64,000 nt of DNA from Octopus sinensis (GCF_006345805.1 NC_043008.1:67518001-67582000); one strand, 5' to 3'; numbered from the stretch's first letter, positions 12,788 to 25,308 are shown. Made by a program: numbers and translations. Notes: generated from the letters alone by a model not told the origin.

Positions 12788-15700
12788 TTATTTGCTACAA
12801 GAGACAGACACAAAGTGTGGGGGTTTACATATAATAATGAAATGATAAAATAAAAGTATACACGGTATACACTGGAAAAAAGACATATGCATAGCAAACA
12901 AAGGTAAAAAAAAAGCTGGCGGGGAGGATGATAGCGATGTGGCTTTCCTGATACAGGAACGCCTCTAGGGATAATCTGAGATTTCCCTGAAACCCTATGA
13001 GCAAGTGCCCTCTCCAATTCCTTCACTCCGACTCACGGATCTACACTTAGAGAGGTATCATCCACTCTTGCCATTTTCGCAACTTTCACCCATCTTTCAA
13101 TAAACTCGCTCAAGGACAATACTTACCTCTCCACTCTCAATTTCCATTTCAAGTGAAACTTGAAAAAGTCAATGAGAGCTCTACCAAAGAGGGCTGTATC
13201 AGTCCTCATGTCTTTCAGCCTTGTACATCAAACAAGCTCTATCGCCACAGCCACCAAGCAAAGGGAAACTGTTTTGCCTGCCCGAGGGCGGCAAAGCAGT
13301 CATCACTGCAGACACGGCCGACAGACGGATCCATCCCATACGTGACAACAGCTGTTCCACATAACTCCACAAGTCAGCAATACCCGGACACGGAACGAAA
13401 GCGTGCAGAACGGCTTCGTCACTTTGAGCGCACCTCGGACAAGTCGGTCCGACAGCACATCTGTGCCTGTAGAGCTTGTCTCGAACCGATAGCGCCCCTC
13501 GATAGCACTGCCAAGCCAAGGACATCTGGAAATTATCCATGATATTTCCCGACCGGAAAGTTCTCCGGAGCAGGCTAACCAGTTCGTTCTCGTCGGCACC
13601 CAGAGTCTCCGCAAGAACGTCGTCGCACTTCTCCGTCACTAATCCTTTATAAATTTCTAAAGCGAAACATCCACCGATCTCATTGCCCGACTGGTAGAGG
13701 GCTGTGAGCGCCTGACGACATTCTAGGTGCCAGGCGCCCAGTCTCGGTTTTTTCTTCACCTAGGACTGCAGCTCCGCCAAGGAGACGAACTGCGGAAAGA
13801 TGAGCCTCACAAACGGAGCTCACACGTGCTCACCGTCCAGAAATCGTTGCAGGTGGTGTAATCTAAACGCGTTCTGCGCGTTAGGAGCCACGGCATACCT
13901 AATCGGCCACTCAAAGGATGCTGGCAACAGACTGACCGCCTGACTATTAGAACGCGTCCTTCCACATGAATTTAAAGAGACGCTCCAACCTGGTCAAGCA
14001 GTAACTGGGACAAGGAACGACGGTCAGACAATAAATGATAATGGAGGCGATCTAAGCATTCGACACCTCTACCCGACCTTTCAAGAACAGCTTTCTTTCA
14101 GTCCATCTCTGGGTAACAGTGGCCATCCTGTTCGTCACTTCGTCCCAGTTCTTATCAACCTTGAGGTAGGGGACCAAACCACACTCTGAGTACTTTACCT
14201 GGTCCGTCGGTCCAGCGTCTGATGACGCGGTTCTGCAGCCCCGTCCTGCCTCTTCAGGAGCCCAACCACAAACCAACCGATTTGTCGGCGTTGATTTTAG
14301 CCCCCGCTACTCACTTATGTTCCTTTACGATGATTCCGACCGTCTCCATTTCAGAGGCGACTGACATCATGGCTGTGTCATCGTCCGCGTATGCTGACAC
14401 TGCCCTTTCTTGTCCCAGTTCGAAAGGGATGCTCCTTAACTGTTCTAACTTCCGCAGCAATGGCTCGAGTGCCAATACGTATAGAAGAGGCGACAGCGGG
14501 CAGCCCTGAGAGACCGAGCGTGCGATGCCAAGCGACTTCGATAGGTGGTTGTTTACTTTGACTACTGAACAGGTGCCGCTGTGGGTTGCAGTGATCTAAC
14601 TTCTGAAAACGGGTCCGAAACCGCCTGCTTTCAGGACGGCTTCCAAGTAGTGATGATCTACCCTATCGAATCCTTTCGATTTATCCAAATGGATCAGAGC
14701 ACACCCGAAGCCAGCTGTGGTCCCAGCCCACTCTATGATGTATCACTTAGGGTGGATGTTGACGTGGATAGACCTGCTCGAGATTGCGCACGTTTTCGCT
14801 TCCCCGACCAGGCTACCGACGATAAGCGCCAACCTTTTGGCTAACACCTTGGCCAAAATCTTAAACTCTGTGTTTAGCAGAGTTATGGGTCGAAAATTCT
14901 CTACTACATTGTCGACTTCCTTCCTCGGCAGTGTCACCACACCTCTTCTAACAGTACTAGAAATTCTGTTTTGCTGCCAGTTGCAGTAGACGTCTGCCAA
15001 GAGGTCGCCAAACAAATCTGGCATAAATACATAGAATTCGTAGGGCAGACCATCAAAACCGGGCGATCTGCGACTTGTGCAATCGCTCATCGCCTTCCGA
15101 ATTTCAGCGGCTGTTATCAGCTTTTCACATAACTTCGCGTCAACTGCCAAAAGACACGGCAAGCCGTCCAGATACGAACTAAAGTCCAGTACCGTCGATA
15201 ACCCATCACCCCTACTAAACAGCCGCTGAAAAACCGTGCTGCTGAAAGACCGCACGCATCTGCTCAGAGTCGCGTAGCACGCGCGCATCCCGATCCATCA
15301 AAGACCTGATCGTGGTTTTGTATCCACGTCGCATCTCCACCATTCGAGCCTATCGGACAACTTTATTTCCTTCCTGTTTGTGTGCCCGGTCTTTAGCTCT
15401 AACAACACAACCTTCGTTTTTCGCTTCGAAAAAATAATCAAGAGTCATATCGGTCACGATGCCCTTTTTAATCGCCTCTTCTGATTTGCTATTTCACCCT
15501 CTAATCTATTTCATTCTGTTGCTAGCTCTTTACTAAACGCTATAGATTCTGCTCTAATCGCCCTCTTCAAGGCGGCTCACCACCGGTTGTTGACGATTGT
15601 CCCAATCATCTGCCGCTTAACTAGTTCACTAATCCGGTCCCTGTAGTCTTTGCGAGCTGGAAAGGATGCGTTCAATTTCCTGTAACCGGGACTCTGTCTA

Positions 15701-16720
15701 TGAGTCCAATCTAATTCGACTGTGCAGATCACAAACTTGTGGTCTGTGTTGCTGACCAATTTAAATTGTGGACAACCTACACTATCCCTATCCTCTGACC
15801 TAACAAATAATCTATCTAGATACGATCTAGATGACTCATTGTGGTTGCTCCATGTCCATACTGGCACATCATTGAAATCCAGACGATACCTACCGGACAA
15901 CTAGAAGTCTCTGAGTAGGATTTCGAGGGTCGTCTAAAATCCCATCCCAGTCCCCTACTTGTACTAAACTGCCAGATGTTCCCAGGAAAATTTCTAGACA
16001 CCTGAAGAATTCTTGCCTTCCAGTCTAAGCCAACAGTATAAGCGCGCCACCTTCGCTACCATTCACATCTAGGACCACCAACCTGCCGCCCGGGTCCAAG
16101 AAGATTGCCTTTACTTCGAGGTCAAGGACTTTCTGAATAGCACAGCTACCCCACCACCCGCTCCCGACAGACCACATGATAAAAATATCTTATAGCCATC
16201 GAAAATTGGCGCTAATATTTGCTCATTAGAAATCCATGTCTCGCTAATTTCAGCCACGTCTAAGGTCGTTTAGCAAGTGACCTTGCTTCCAGGATGACCC
16301 CAGGCCACGCACATTCACACACCCTGCCCTGGAAACGACCGTATTTATCGGAGAAACAAAGTGGAAGAAGGTCATTTAACTTGGATTTTGAGAGGGTCGG
16401 CTGATTCAGCTGCCTCGTCTGAGGCATTATCATTAATGAAGGGCTTTCCTAAAGTCATCTTATCTGGCTTTAGCTAAAAGGCCCAATGACTTTTGGGTAT
16501 TTTTTTAAAGTTCTAAATAAGTGTTTGTGTCTGTTTTTATCAGCTGTCTGTCATAGAGATTTTTCGACAGAAATTCGTCAGACCCTACTCCTTTTGTGCG
16601 AATGTTAGTGCTTTTCCTTACTTCCTGCATCAGCTCGCTGTTGCTCTTGCGAACGACTGTGAAGTTGATGAGGCGTTCGGGTTCTGTTACTCCTTTGTAA
16701 AGGAGTTGTTTTTATCATTA
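12787..16720 (-). mobile_element. L1/Tx1-clade LINE, near full length but degenerate (part of ORF1; APE, RT and zinc-finger of ORF2)
   Basis: APE: CVNVRGLG near 16320 and SYLDRLFV...TDHKFV (15577-15900). RT: SPGFDGLPYEFY...NFRPITLLNTEFKILAKVLAKRL (14743-15288). C-terminal TCPRCAQSDEAVLHAFVPC (13199-13759). The 3' end adjoins a (CAT)n tract. Confidence 0.9.
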
Positions 16721-16742
16721 CTGTTATTGTTGGTGTTGGTTA

Positions 16743-17683
16743 CCGTAAATCCTCGAGTATAGTGCCCTTGAGTATAATACGCAGGGGATTTTTAGGGGAC
16801 TGAACCTCTGAAAAACCTAAACCTTGTGTATAATACGCACGCCTTCTCTAACTTGAGTCAAGGAGGTCTATATAACATCCTTGGTTTGTAAAAATGTATA
16901 CGGTAACGTCCTTTATTATTGCCTTCTTTCCTTCTTTATCTTTGGCATCTGTTTTATTTCATCTTTATTTCTTCTCCTGGCGTTGCTTTTGTCAACATCA
17001 AATTTTCTTCCGGTGGCCCTATTACCATGCTCTACAGCATATGATATAACTTCAAGTTTAAACATAGCTGAATAAGATCTACGATACATTTTATGGGCAT
17101 GTAATGTATAAAATGTTTTATTGGAGATTAATGTACAGGTTTAAGTCCCATTTATAAAAAAAAAACCTAGTAAAGGCCCACAGTAGTTCAAACATTTAAT
17201 ACTGGTATTCAATTAAGTATCTATTGTTTGCCACGGTAATGATGCAAACTGTCAATACAAACAGCAGGACGAGCTATTTAGCGCTAAACTATTAAGCAAA
17301 ATTCGTGCGTAATTAAGCTAGCAGCACTTAGTTGAACAAACACTTCTGCGCATGCGTAATACAATAATGGTGTTGTTATTAACTGTTATATGGGAATGTA
17401 AATTTGTTTGTAAATTGTTTTTGTTACATGTTATTCTGTGTTCTGAATACTTTTATTTTAATTAACGTTGTTTACTGTAAGTTATGGATGATTATTTTAT
17501 GACATCATTGCTTTCAAGCTTGGCTTAAGGTATTTTCGCGCCCGGTACCACAAGATGCGTCTGAATAAACATTGTCGGACAGCAAATAAAGCCTCGGACA
17601 TTGCTTAGAAAATATTTTTCATTTTTAACCTCGTATATAGCACTAGAGATTTTGGGGAAAAAATGCGGATTATACTCAGGATT
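16743..17683 (+). mobile_element. Non-autonomous Tc1/mariner (Tc2/pogo-like) element, right end damaged
   Basis: TA|CCGTAAATCCTCGAGTATA at the left end; remnant TATACTCAGGATT at the right end. Homologous, in inverted orientation, to 57655-58162. Confidence 0.75.
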
Positions 17684-17795
17684 CGTTGTTGGTGTTAGTC
17701 GGAACTAAAGTGACGCTATTGTTTCTGGTATGTTCATGTCGTTGACCGAAGTAGCCAAGCTACTAGCTAACGGGGAGAAAACCATTTATATATTT

Positions 17796-18007
17796 CTTTA
17801 CTACCCACAAGGGGCTAAACATAGAGAGGACAGACAAACGGGTTGAGTCGATTACATCGACCCCAGTGCGTAACTGGTACTTAATTTATCGACCCCAAAA
17901 GGATGAAAGGCAAAGTTGACCTCGGCGGAATTTGAACCCAGACGGTAACGGCAGACGAAATACAGCTACGCATTTCGCCCGGCGCGCTAACGTTTCTGCC
18001 AGCTCGC
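17796..18007 (-). mobile_element. SINE family A
   Basis: Reverse complement of the family-A consensus seen at 2025 and 11699. Confidence 0.85.
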
Positions 18008-18571
18008 CGAGTTATAGTGCTTATTTGTCTCTCCCGTCAAAGCTTTACTGTTGTTGTTGTTGTTGTTGTTGTTGTTGCTGCTGCTGCTGCTACAGTTATT
18101 GTTATTATTGTTCTTGGCGGTAGTGATAGAGGTGATGATGTCGGAGTTGTTGTTTGTGATTGGAATGGTCGTCTTGTTTTGTCTGCTTGCTTGTGTAGTA
18201 GTCACGCCAGCAGTCGAAGAACTGTCAGCCTCTCTCATTTTTTGTAGCAAGACATATTCCTCTGTCCCTCCCTTTCTTTTTCTCTCTCTCTCTCATCGAC
18301 GACTGAAATCCACTCGAAACTACCGTAAAAACCCATGTATTTTACGCAAAAACAAAGATAAACTTAAGTGGGTGCATAAATTACATGAGTAGATCGTTTC
18401 CAGAATTTTTTAGAAATATATTTTGCTGAAAAGTGACGTACAGGAAGTTGACTCATTTAATGTCAGTGTAGGTTTTTACAGATAAAACATAATGAAACTG
18501 ACTTTTATTTATGCTGGACGGTATAATGCTTACTTTTTCTGTACAAATTTACTAAAACCATTAAATAGTTA

Positions 18572-18968
18572 GATTAAACTAAAGCGTTTAACCCGGTCAT
18601 AAAAACAAAACAAAAATAGTGTAATAGATGTAAAACAACTTCCTCGCGCTCGCGAAAGGGGGGTAGGGGGAGATGCCTCGGAAAATTCACATCGTGAATT
18701 TCCGAAAGCGTCTGAGGGTCTGACCCGGACACAAAAACAAAAACAAAAAATAGAGTAATATGTGTAAAACAACTTGCTCTAAACGAATATGACAAAAAAA
18801 ATGCGCTCTAGCGAAAGGAGGGTGGGGGAAAGGACTCGGAAAATTCACATCTTCAGTCCATGGCCTTTAATCTATAGTGTTTGACCCGGGCCGGAAAAAA
18901 TTTTTTTAGTGTAATTGATGTAAAACTACTTGTTCTAAACGATTATCAAGAACACACACACACACACA

Positions 18969-19027
<59 letters not shown>

Positions 19028-19806
19028 AAAGAGAAATGGTTGGTTCAAGGCAAGTGTGCATTGAACTGGATTTAAATAAGCAAGAAAGATATCAAAGAAA
19101 AGGCCATATCACCATCTTTAGTATCTGTTGTTGTTATTATTATTATTATTATGGAGTTGAATAATGTGTGTGTGTGTGTGTGTGTGCGTGTGATGAAGTT
19201 ATTAATATCAATACATTAACCAACACCATTGAAGTGAAATAATAGTTTCTATACTTTTGGTTTGGCACTGCTGAATTGAGTCAAAGACTATATAATACAA
19301 GTCAACAGGATAAAAAAAGAAAAATGCGATATCCATAACAGAAAAGAAATAAGACCTCCCCCAAACAGTAACCCTTGTGTTTAAAATCTCCCTAACAAAA
19401 AGATGAGAGGTTGTTTGGCTATGGACTACACTGATATTTTTATGTTGTGGTTTAGCCACTATTTACACTACTTCTTTTGTTTATTTTTGTGCCCGGGTCA
19501 GACGCTTTTGGAAATTCACGATGTGAATTTTCCGAGTCCTCTCCCCACCCCCCTTTCGCGAGAGCGCATTTTTTTTTTGTCCTATTCGTTTAGAGCAAGT
19601 TGTTTTACACATAAATTACTTTTTTTTATTGCTTTTGTGCCCGAGTCAGACCCTCGGACGCTTTCGGAAATTCACGATGTGAATTTTCCAAGGCTTCCCC
19701 ACTTTCGCGAGCGCGCATTTTTTTTTCATATTCGTATAGAAGAAGTTGTCTTACACCTATTACACTATATTTTTTTTATGACCGGGTTAAACGCTTTAGT
19801 TTAACC
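18572..19806. mobile_element. Non-autonomous DNA transposon with long sub-repeated TIRs and an 8-bp TSD (Merlin-like)
   Basis: Ends G(A/G)TTAAACTAAAGCGTTTAACCCGGTCAT are inverted. About 330-bp arms contain ~170-bp sub-repeats. Flanks AATAGTTA (18564-18571) and AATGGTTA (19807-19814). Confidence 0.75.
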
Positions 19807-20313
19807 AATGGTTAACTACATTTTGAAGTTTGACGTTCATGCTGGTAATCACGGTCCGGCCATATTTTACATTGCTTGGAGTTTCTACCTATCGCAATGG
19901 AGCCCAGCAATTTCTTTAAATAGGTTTTTCTCCGCTTAGGGAATCTAGCTTGCGTTTGCACCAGGAAGTTATTTACTCGCTTTCTCCACGTTACGACACA
20001 ATGAAATAACTACTAACTCTTTGCTGCTGCTGCCTCTGAGCAAAATTCTAAATTTTTCCAGGTGGAATAAGAAATGGAAGAAATTGGACAAGTCCCCTGA
20101 AAAAATGGGGTACTTTTTTAATAAAAAAGGAACTCATCAGCAGAAGAAGGATCCCTCATTCGGCACCCTGGTTGAAAATGATAGGAAAGCACCGCTATTT
20201 TCCGGAGAAAACTAACGGTTTTCGACAACAAAATACGAAGCCGAGGTGAAGCGTAACTTCCTCGGCCGACGGCCATAATAATAATAATAATGATGATGAT
20301 GATGATGATGATG

Positions 20314-20361
<48 letters not shown>

Positions 20362-20447
20362 TAATAATAATAATGATAATAAAAATAATAATAATAATTA
20401 CTATTATTACTATTATTACTATTATTATTATTATTATTATTATTATT

Positions 20448-21003
20448 GAGTGAGAGAGCAGTTCATGCCATCAAAGTGACACTGGGGTAAAATATACGAA
20501 GCCCAATATACCCATCATGACTGCCCGTCTGATAAGGGTACACCAGGCACATGCATCACAACCATATGTGCGCGACATGGTGATCTCATATCAAGATAAA
20601 CAGCACATGACCTTGCAGGTGGGGCCCAGTTAGAATTTTCTTCAGGTTGAGTAGCCCATCCCGCTCAAAAGGTCCCTGAATAAGGGCTGTTTAAGGATGT
20701 TGAAAGAACCACGCATGTTTCCAGAGGTGAATTATTCAAACCCCAAAGAATCCCTCTCAACACATGGCTATGATGCTCCCCCACTACATCTGCTCGTGAT
20801 CAGAGATGCACATTTCGTCAGCCACTAAGGGACATGCTCAACTGGTTAAGGTCAAACAACTGACAAGCAAATCTGTGGTATTGAGCAGAATATTTGCTGT
20901 AGCCCATCTTTTATACCAAGACAAAACAATGTACATGATAACACTTCCAATCAGTTAAGATCAGAAGCCATGAGAGCCACTGCCTGGTACTGCATCAGGG
21001 CAT
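20448..21003 (-). mobile_element. Non-coding ~550-bp (TAA)n-embedded element, copy 1
   Basis: On the - strand it runs ATGCCCTGATGCAGTACCAGGC...CTCTCACTC with (TAA)n on both sides. Six copies in the window. Confidence 0.85.
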
Positions 21004-21024
21004 TTATTATTATTATTATTATTA

Positions 21025-21098
<74 letters not shown>

Positions 21099-21099
21099 A

Positions 21100-21623
21100 A
21101 TGCCCTGATGCAGGACCAGGCAGTGGCTCTTATGGGTTCTCATTTTAACAGATTGGCAGTGTTATCATGTACATTGTTTTGTTTTAGTATAAAAGATGGG
21201 CTACAGCAAATATTCTACTCAATAACACAGATTTGCTTAACCAGTTGAGTATGTCCCTTGGTAGTTGACAATATGTGCATCTCTGATCACGAACAGAAGT
21301 AGTGGGGGAGCATCATAGCCATGTGAAGAAAGGGATTCTTTGGGCTTGAATAATTCACCTCTGGAAACATGGGTGTTTCGTTCAATATCCTTAAACAACC
21401 CTTATTCAGGGACCATTTGAGTGGAATGGCCCACTTGACCTAAAGAAAATTTTAACTGGACCCCACCTGCAAGGTCATATGCTGTTTATCTTGATATGAG
21501 ATCACCATGTTGTGACGCATGTGCCTAGCGTACCGTTATCAGATAAGTAGTCATGATGGGTATACAGGGCTTCGTATATTTTACCCCAGTGTCACTTTGA
21601 TGGCATGCACTGCTCTTTCACTC
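21100..21623 (+). mobile_element. (TAA)n-embedded element, copy 2 (head-to-head with copy 1)
   Basis: Same 5' start ATGCCCTGATGC and same 3' end CTTTCACTC followed by (AAT)n. Confidence 0.85.
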
Positions 21624-21645
21624 AATAATGATGATGATGATGATG

Positions 21646-21690
<45 letters not shown>

Positions 21691-21730
21691 TAATAATAAT
21701 AATAATAGTAATAAATATAATAATAATAAT

Positions 21731-22110
21731 CCTTTCTACTCGAAGCACAAGGCCTCACATTTGGTGGAAGGGATTAAGTCGATTCACTGGTACTTAATTT
21801 ATCGACTCCGAAAGGATGAAAGGCAAAGTCAACCTCGACGGAATTTGAACTCAAACCGTAGCACAAGGGGCTAAACACAGAGGGGACAAACAAGGACAGA
21901 CATAGGTATTAAGTCGATTACATATCCCCCAGTGCGTAACTGGTACTTAATTTATCGACCCCGAAAGGATGAGAGCAAAGTCGACCTTTCGGGGTCGATA
22001 AATTAAGTACCAGTTACGCACTGGAGTCGATATAATCGACTTAATCCGTTTGTCTGTCCTTGTTTGTCCTCTGTGTTTAACCCCTTGTGGGTAGTAAAGA
22101 AATAGGTATT
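21731..22110. mobile_element. Cluster of family-A SINE bodies, including a head-less inverted pair
   Basis: - strand bodies at 21731-21860 and 21862-21985, then a + strand body at 21986-22110. Confidence 0.75.
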
Positions 22111-22328
22111 AACACGTTAGCACATATATATGTTGATGAGCGGCATATTTCTGGTTCTGGCATATCTCTGTTCAGTATTTTTACCGGCGGTTCGTGCATA
22201 TTGTATTTAGAAATAAACAGCACTCTCAATAATATAAACATATAACGCCTTTATTTTACTTTAAAATATACATTTTTCAGATTTATGTACAACTAAGGCT
22301 TGACTGTGTGTTTAGAAAATTGTTTCCC

Positions 22329-22690
22329 AACCACATGGTTCCGGGTTCAGTCCCATTGCGTGACACCTTGCGCGAGTGTCTTCTAATCTTGCCCCACGTC
22401 GACCAAAGCCTTGTGAGAGGATTTGGTAGATAGAAACTAAAAGAAGCCCATCGTGTGTGTGTGTGTGTGTGTATGTGTGTGTGTGTGTTTGTGTGTGTTT
22501 GTTCCCAATCACTACTTGACAACCGCTGTTGGCGTGTGTACGTTCCTGTAATTTAGGCAAAATTGACAGGTAGAATAAATCCCAGGCTAAAGAAATAAGT
22601 CCTGGGGTCGACTAAAACCCTCCAAGACGGTGCTTTAGCATGGCCGCTGTGAAATGATTGAAACAAGTAAAAGAATTAAAGAAAAGAAAT
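22329..22690 (+). mobile_element. SINE family B, diverged
   Basis: AACCACATGGTTCCGGGTTCAGTCCC...GAAACAAGTAAAAG. Confidence 0.75.
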
Positions 22691-22853
22691 TCTGTATATG
22701 TGCGTTCATGTGTACGTGTCTATACATACATACATACATACATACATACATACATACATACATACATACATACATGCATACATACATACATACATACATG
22801 CATGCATACATACATACATACATACATACATACATGCATACATACATACATAC

Positions 22854-22942
<89 letters not shown>

Positions 22943-22945
<3 letters not shown>

Positions 22946-23160
22946 AACTGCGTGGACGCACGCAGTTGTCGAGTGGTACCCGCGTGAGCGGAAAAGACCA
23001 CCCGGAAGACCTCCAAGACGGTGGAGTTACGATTTCAAGAGGATGATTGGGATCACGTGGATGAGAAAGGCGCGATCCAGAGAGGAGTGGACAGCGTGCT
23101 GTGACCAACGGTGTCAAATGGACGCCTGACGGACTGGTCAGTCAAGGTGATCAAGGTGAT
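22943..23160 (+). mobile_element. RTE-clade LINE extreme 3' end inserted in (TA)n
   Basis: [38 protein letters not shown] then a stop, followed by a short tandem tail TCAAGGTGA x2. Confidence 0.85.
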
Positions 23161-23178
23161 TATATATATATAAATATG

Positions 23179-23253
<75 letters not shown>

Positions 23254-24355
23254 GTTTATATAACTGTGATAGGTTTCGGCTAGTATAGGCCCAAGCCATG
23301 TCTAAGTCAATAGCACGACCTGTCGTTGAAGAATTTAGACCTGGAGATCTCCAATTCCAGCGACTTCGAGGGCCACATCCCCAGTGGTGTCGGGCGTCAA
23401 CGAAGAGCCCTCGACTACAAGACGACTTTTTTTTTTCCCAAGGTCTGGGGTCTCCCGCCCCAAGCCCGAGACCATCACCTAATCACCCTTACCCGTCTTG
23501 TTGCTTAACAACAACAACAACAACAATAGCACCACCTGGTGAAGCCTTTTAGTCATATATGGGGCACCATAGACTACTCTAGCAAATAGTTATTATTGTT
23601 GGAGACATATCCGGGTGTAGGAGGTTGGTCTGGGAATTTTCGAAGAAATATTTGTCAATTTGTTTGTATACACCCGTGCTCATATATATGTACATTATTA
23701 TATATTCCTTAAATTTACGTATGAGATATTACTTTTTATTAAAAATTTTTTTTATGAAATGTATACAATTCGTTTATATGAAATGTATACAATTTATTTT
23801 ATTATGAGGTTTATACTATTTACTCAGCTTGGTAAATTTCGAGGGGAATACCACGAAAGTGACGAAACATTTAATTGTCAGTCACATTCATACGAGTCTT
23901 TATCTGTGTGTACGAGTATGTGTGTGAATGTCAGTGTTTTTAATAAAAGTCACTTCACGCCTCCCAGCTTTCGTATTAGAATGTAAACATCATAACGTCA
24001 ACGTCCTGTTCAAGTATAATATATAGAAATCACAATGTAACCAGCCACTTTATTAAAGAAGCAACATTAAGTATGAACACTTGGTCCATTTTGTACATCC
24101 TCTTGGCTTGTTTGTACTTTGTTTATATTACTGCTGGCAAAATATTCTCCGGTAAGTACACTTCGTTCGATTTATATAAACACACACGCACACATACCCA
24201 CGTCCCTCTGTCAGTGTGTGTGTGTACAAAGCCTATGAGAAGGGGTGGTATTTTCATCAAAACTGGTCCCGAAGACCCTGAATGCGTTACGTAAATTTCT
24301 GACTTGGATGAAGGGGCGTGCCCGAAACAACCTCGCTTCCCCTCGCAAACATTCC

Positions 24356-24427
<72 letters not shown>

Positions 24428-24460
24428 TCACACACACATACACACACACACGCACATATA

Positions 24461-24509
<49 letters not shown>

Positions 24510-24512
<3 letters not shown>

Positions 24513-24817
24513 ACGGAGATGTACTTGCATAGCAAGTGATCTGATCTGAGATCGTGTGGTGGAACGAAAGCAATTGCAGCGTGGAAGGTGTTTATAAGCC
24601 ATTTAAGAAACACACAAAATCCGTTAGATTCACTTCAATATTTTCGTCGCTTTGAGACCGCGACCTGTTCACTGACACGGAATTTTGTCAGTGAACAGGT
24701 CGCCATTTGAAAGCGGCGAAAATATTTTGACAATTTAAATTTAAATGTTGAAATGAATGTATAACGGATTTTGTGTGTTTCTTAAATGGGTTATAAACAC
24801 CTTCCACGCAGCAATTG
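24510..24817. mobile_element. Two inverted copies of a (TA)n-associated short repeat (probable Penelope-like pseudo-LTR) forming a fold-back; third fragment at 25095-25140
   Basis: CAATTGCAGCGTGGAAGGTGTTTATAAGCC... mirrored by ...TATAAACACCTTCCACGCAGCAATTG. Contains a hammerhead-like fold. Confidence 0.65.
24685..24733 (+). ncRNA. Minimal type-I hammerhead ribozyme-like motif with G3-C8 core variant
   Basis: Helix I TTGTCA/TGACAA (6 bp); core GTGAACA+G; helix II GTCGC/GCGGC; GAA; palindromic helix III AATATT; predicted cleavage after UUU (24727). Confidence 0.65.
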
Positions 24818-24831
24818 TTATACATACATAC

Positions 24832-24918
<87 letters not shown>

Positions 24919-25042
24919 CGGGTGTATATTTATATATATATATATATTATATATATATATCAGCGGAGGTGCCCCAGCATGGCCGCAGCCTTCGCGCTGA
25001 AATATTTTTAAGGATATATACACACACACACACACACACATA

Positions 25043-25089
<47 letters not shown>

Positions 25090-25246
25090 AGAAACATTAA
25101 GAAACACACAAAATCCGTTATACATTCACTTCAACATTTAAATTTTATTTTATTTTATTTTATTTTATTTAATTTATATAAATTTTTTTATGTATTGGAT
25201 TAAGTCTTTCTTTGTTTGATTTGCATAATAGTGGTTTTGTCTCTAA

Positions 25247-25300
<54 letters not shown>

Positions 25301-25308
<8 letters not shown>

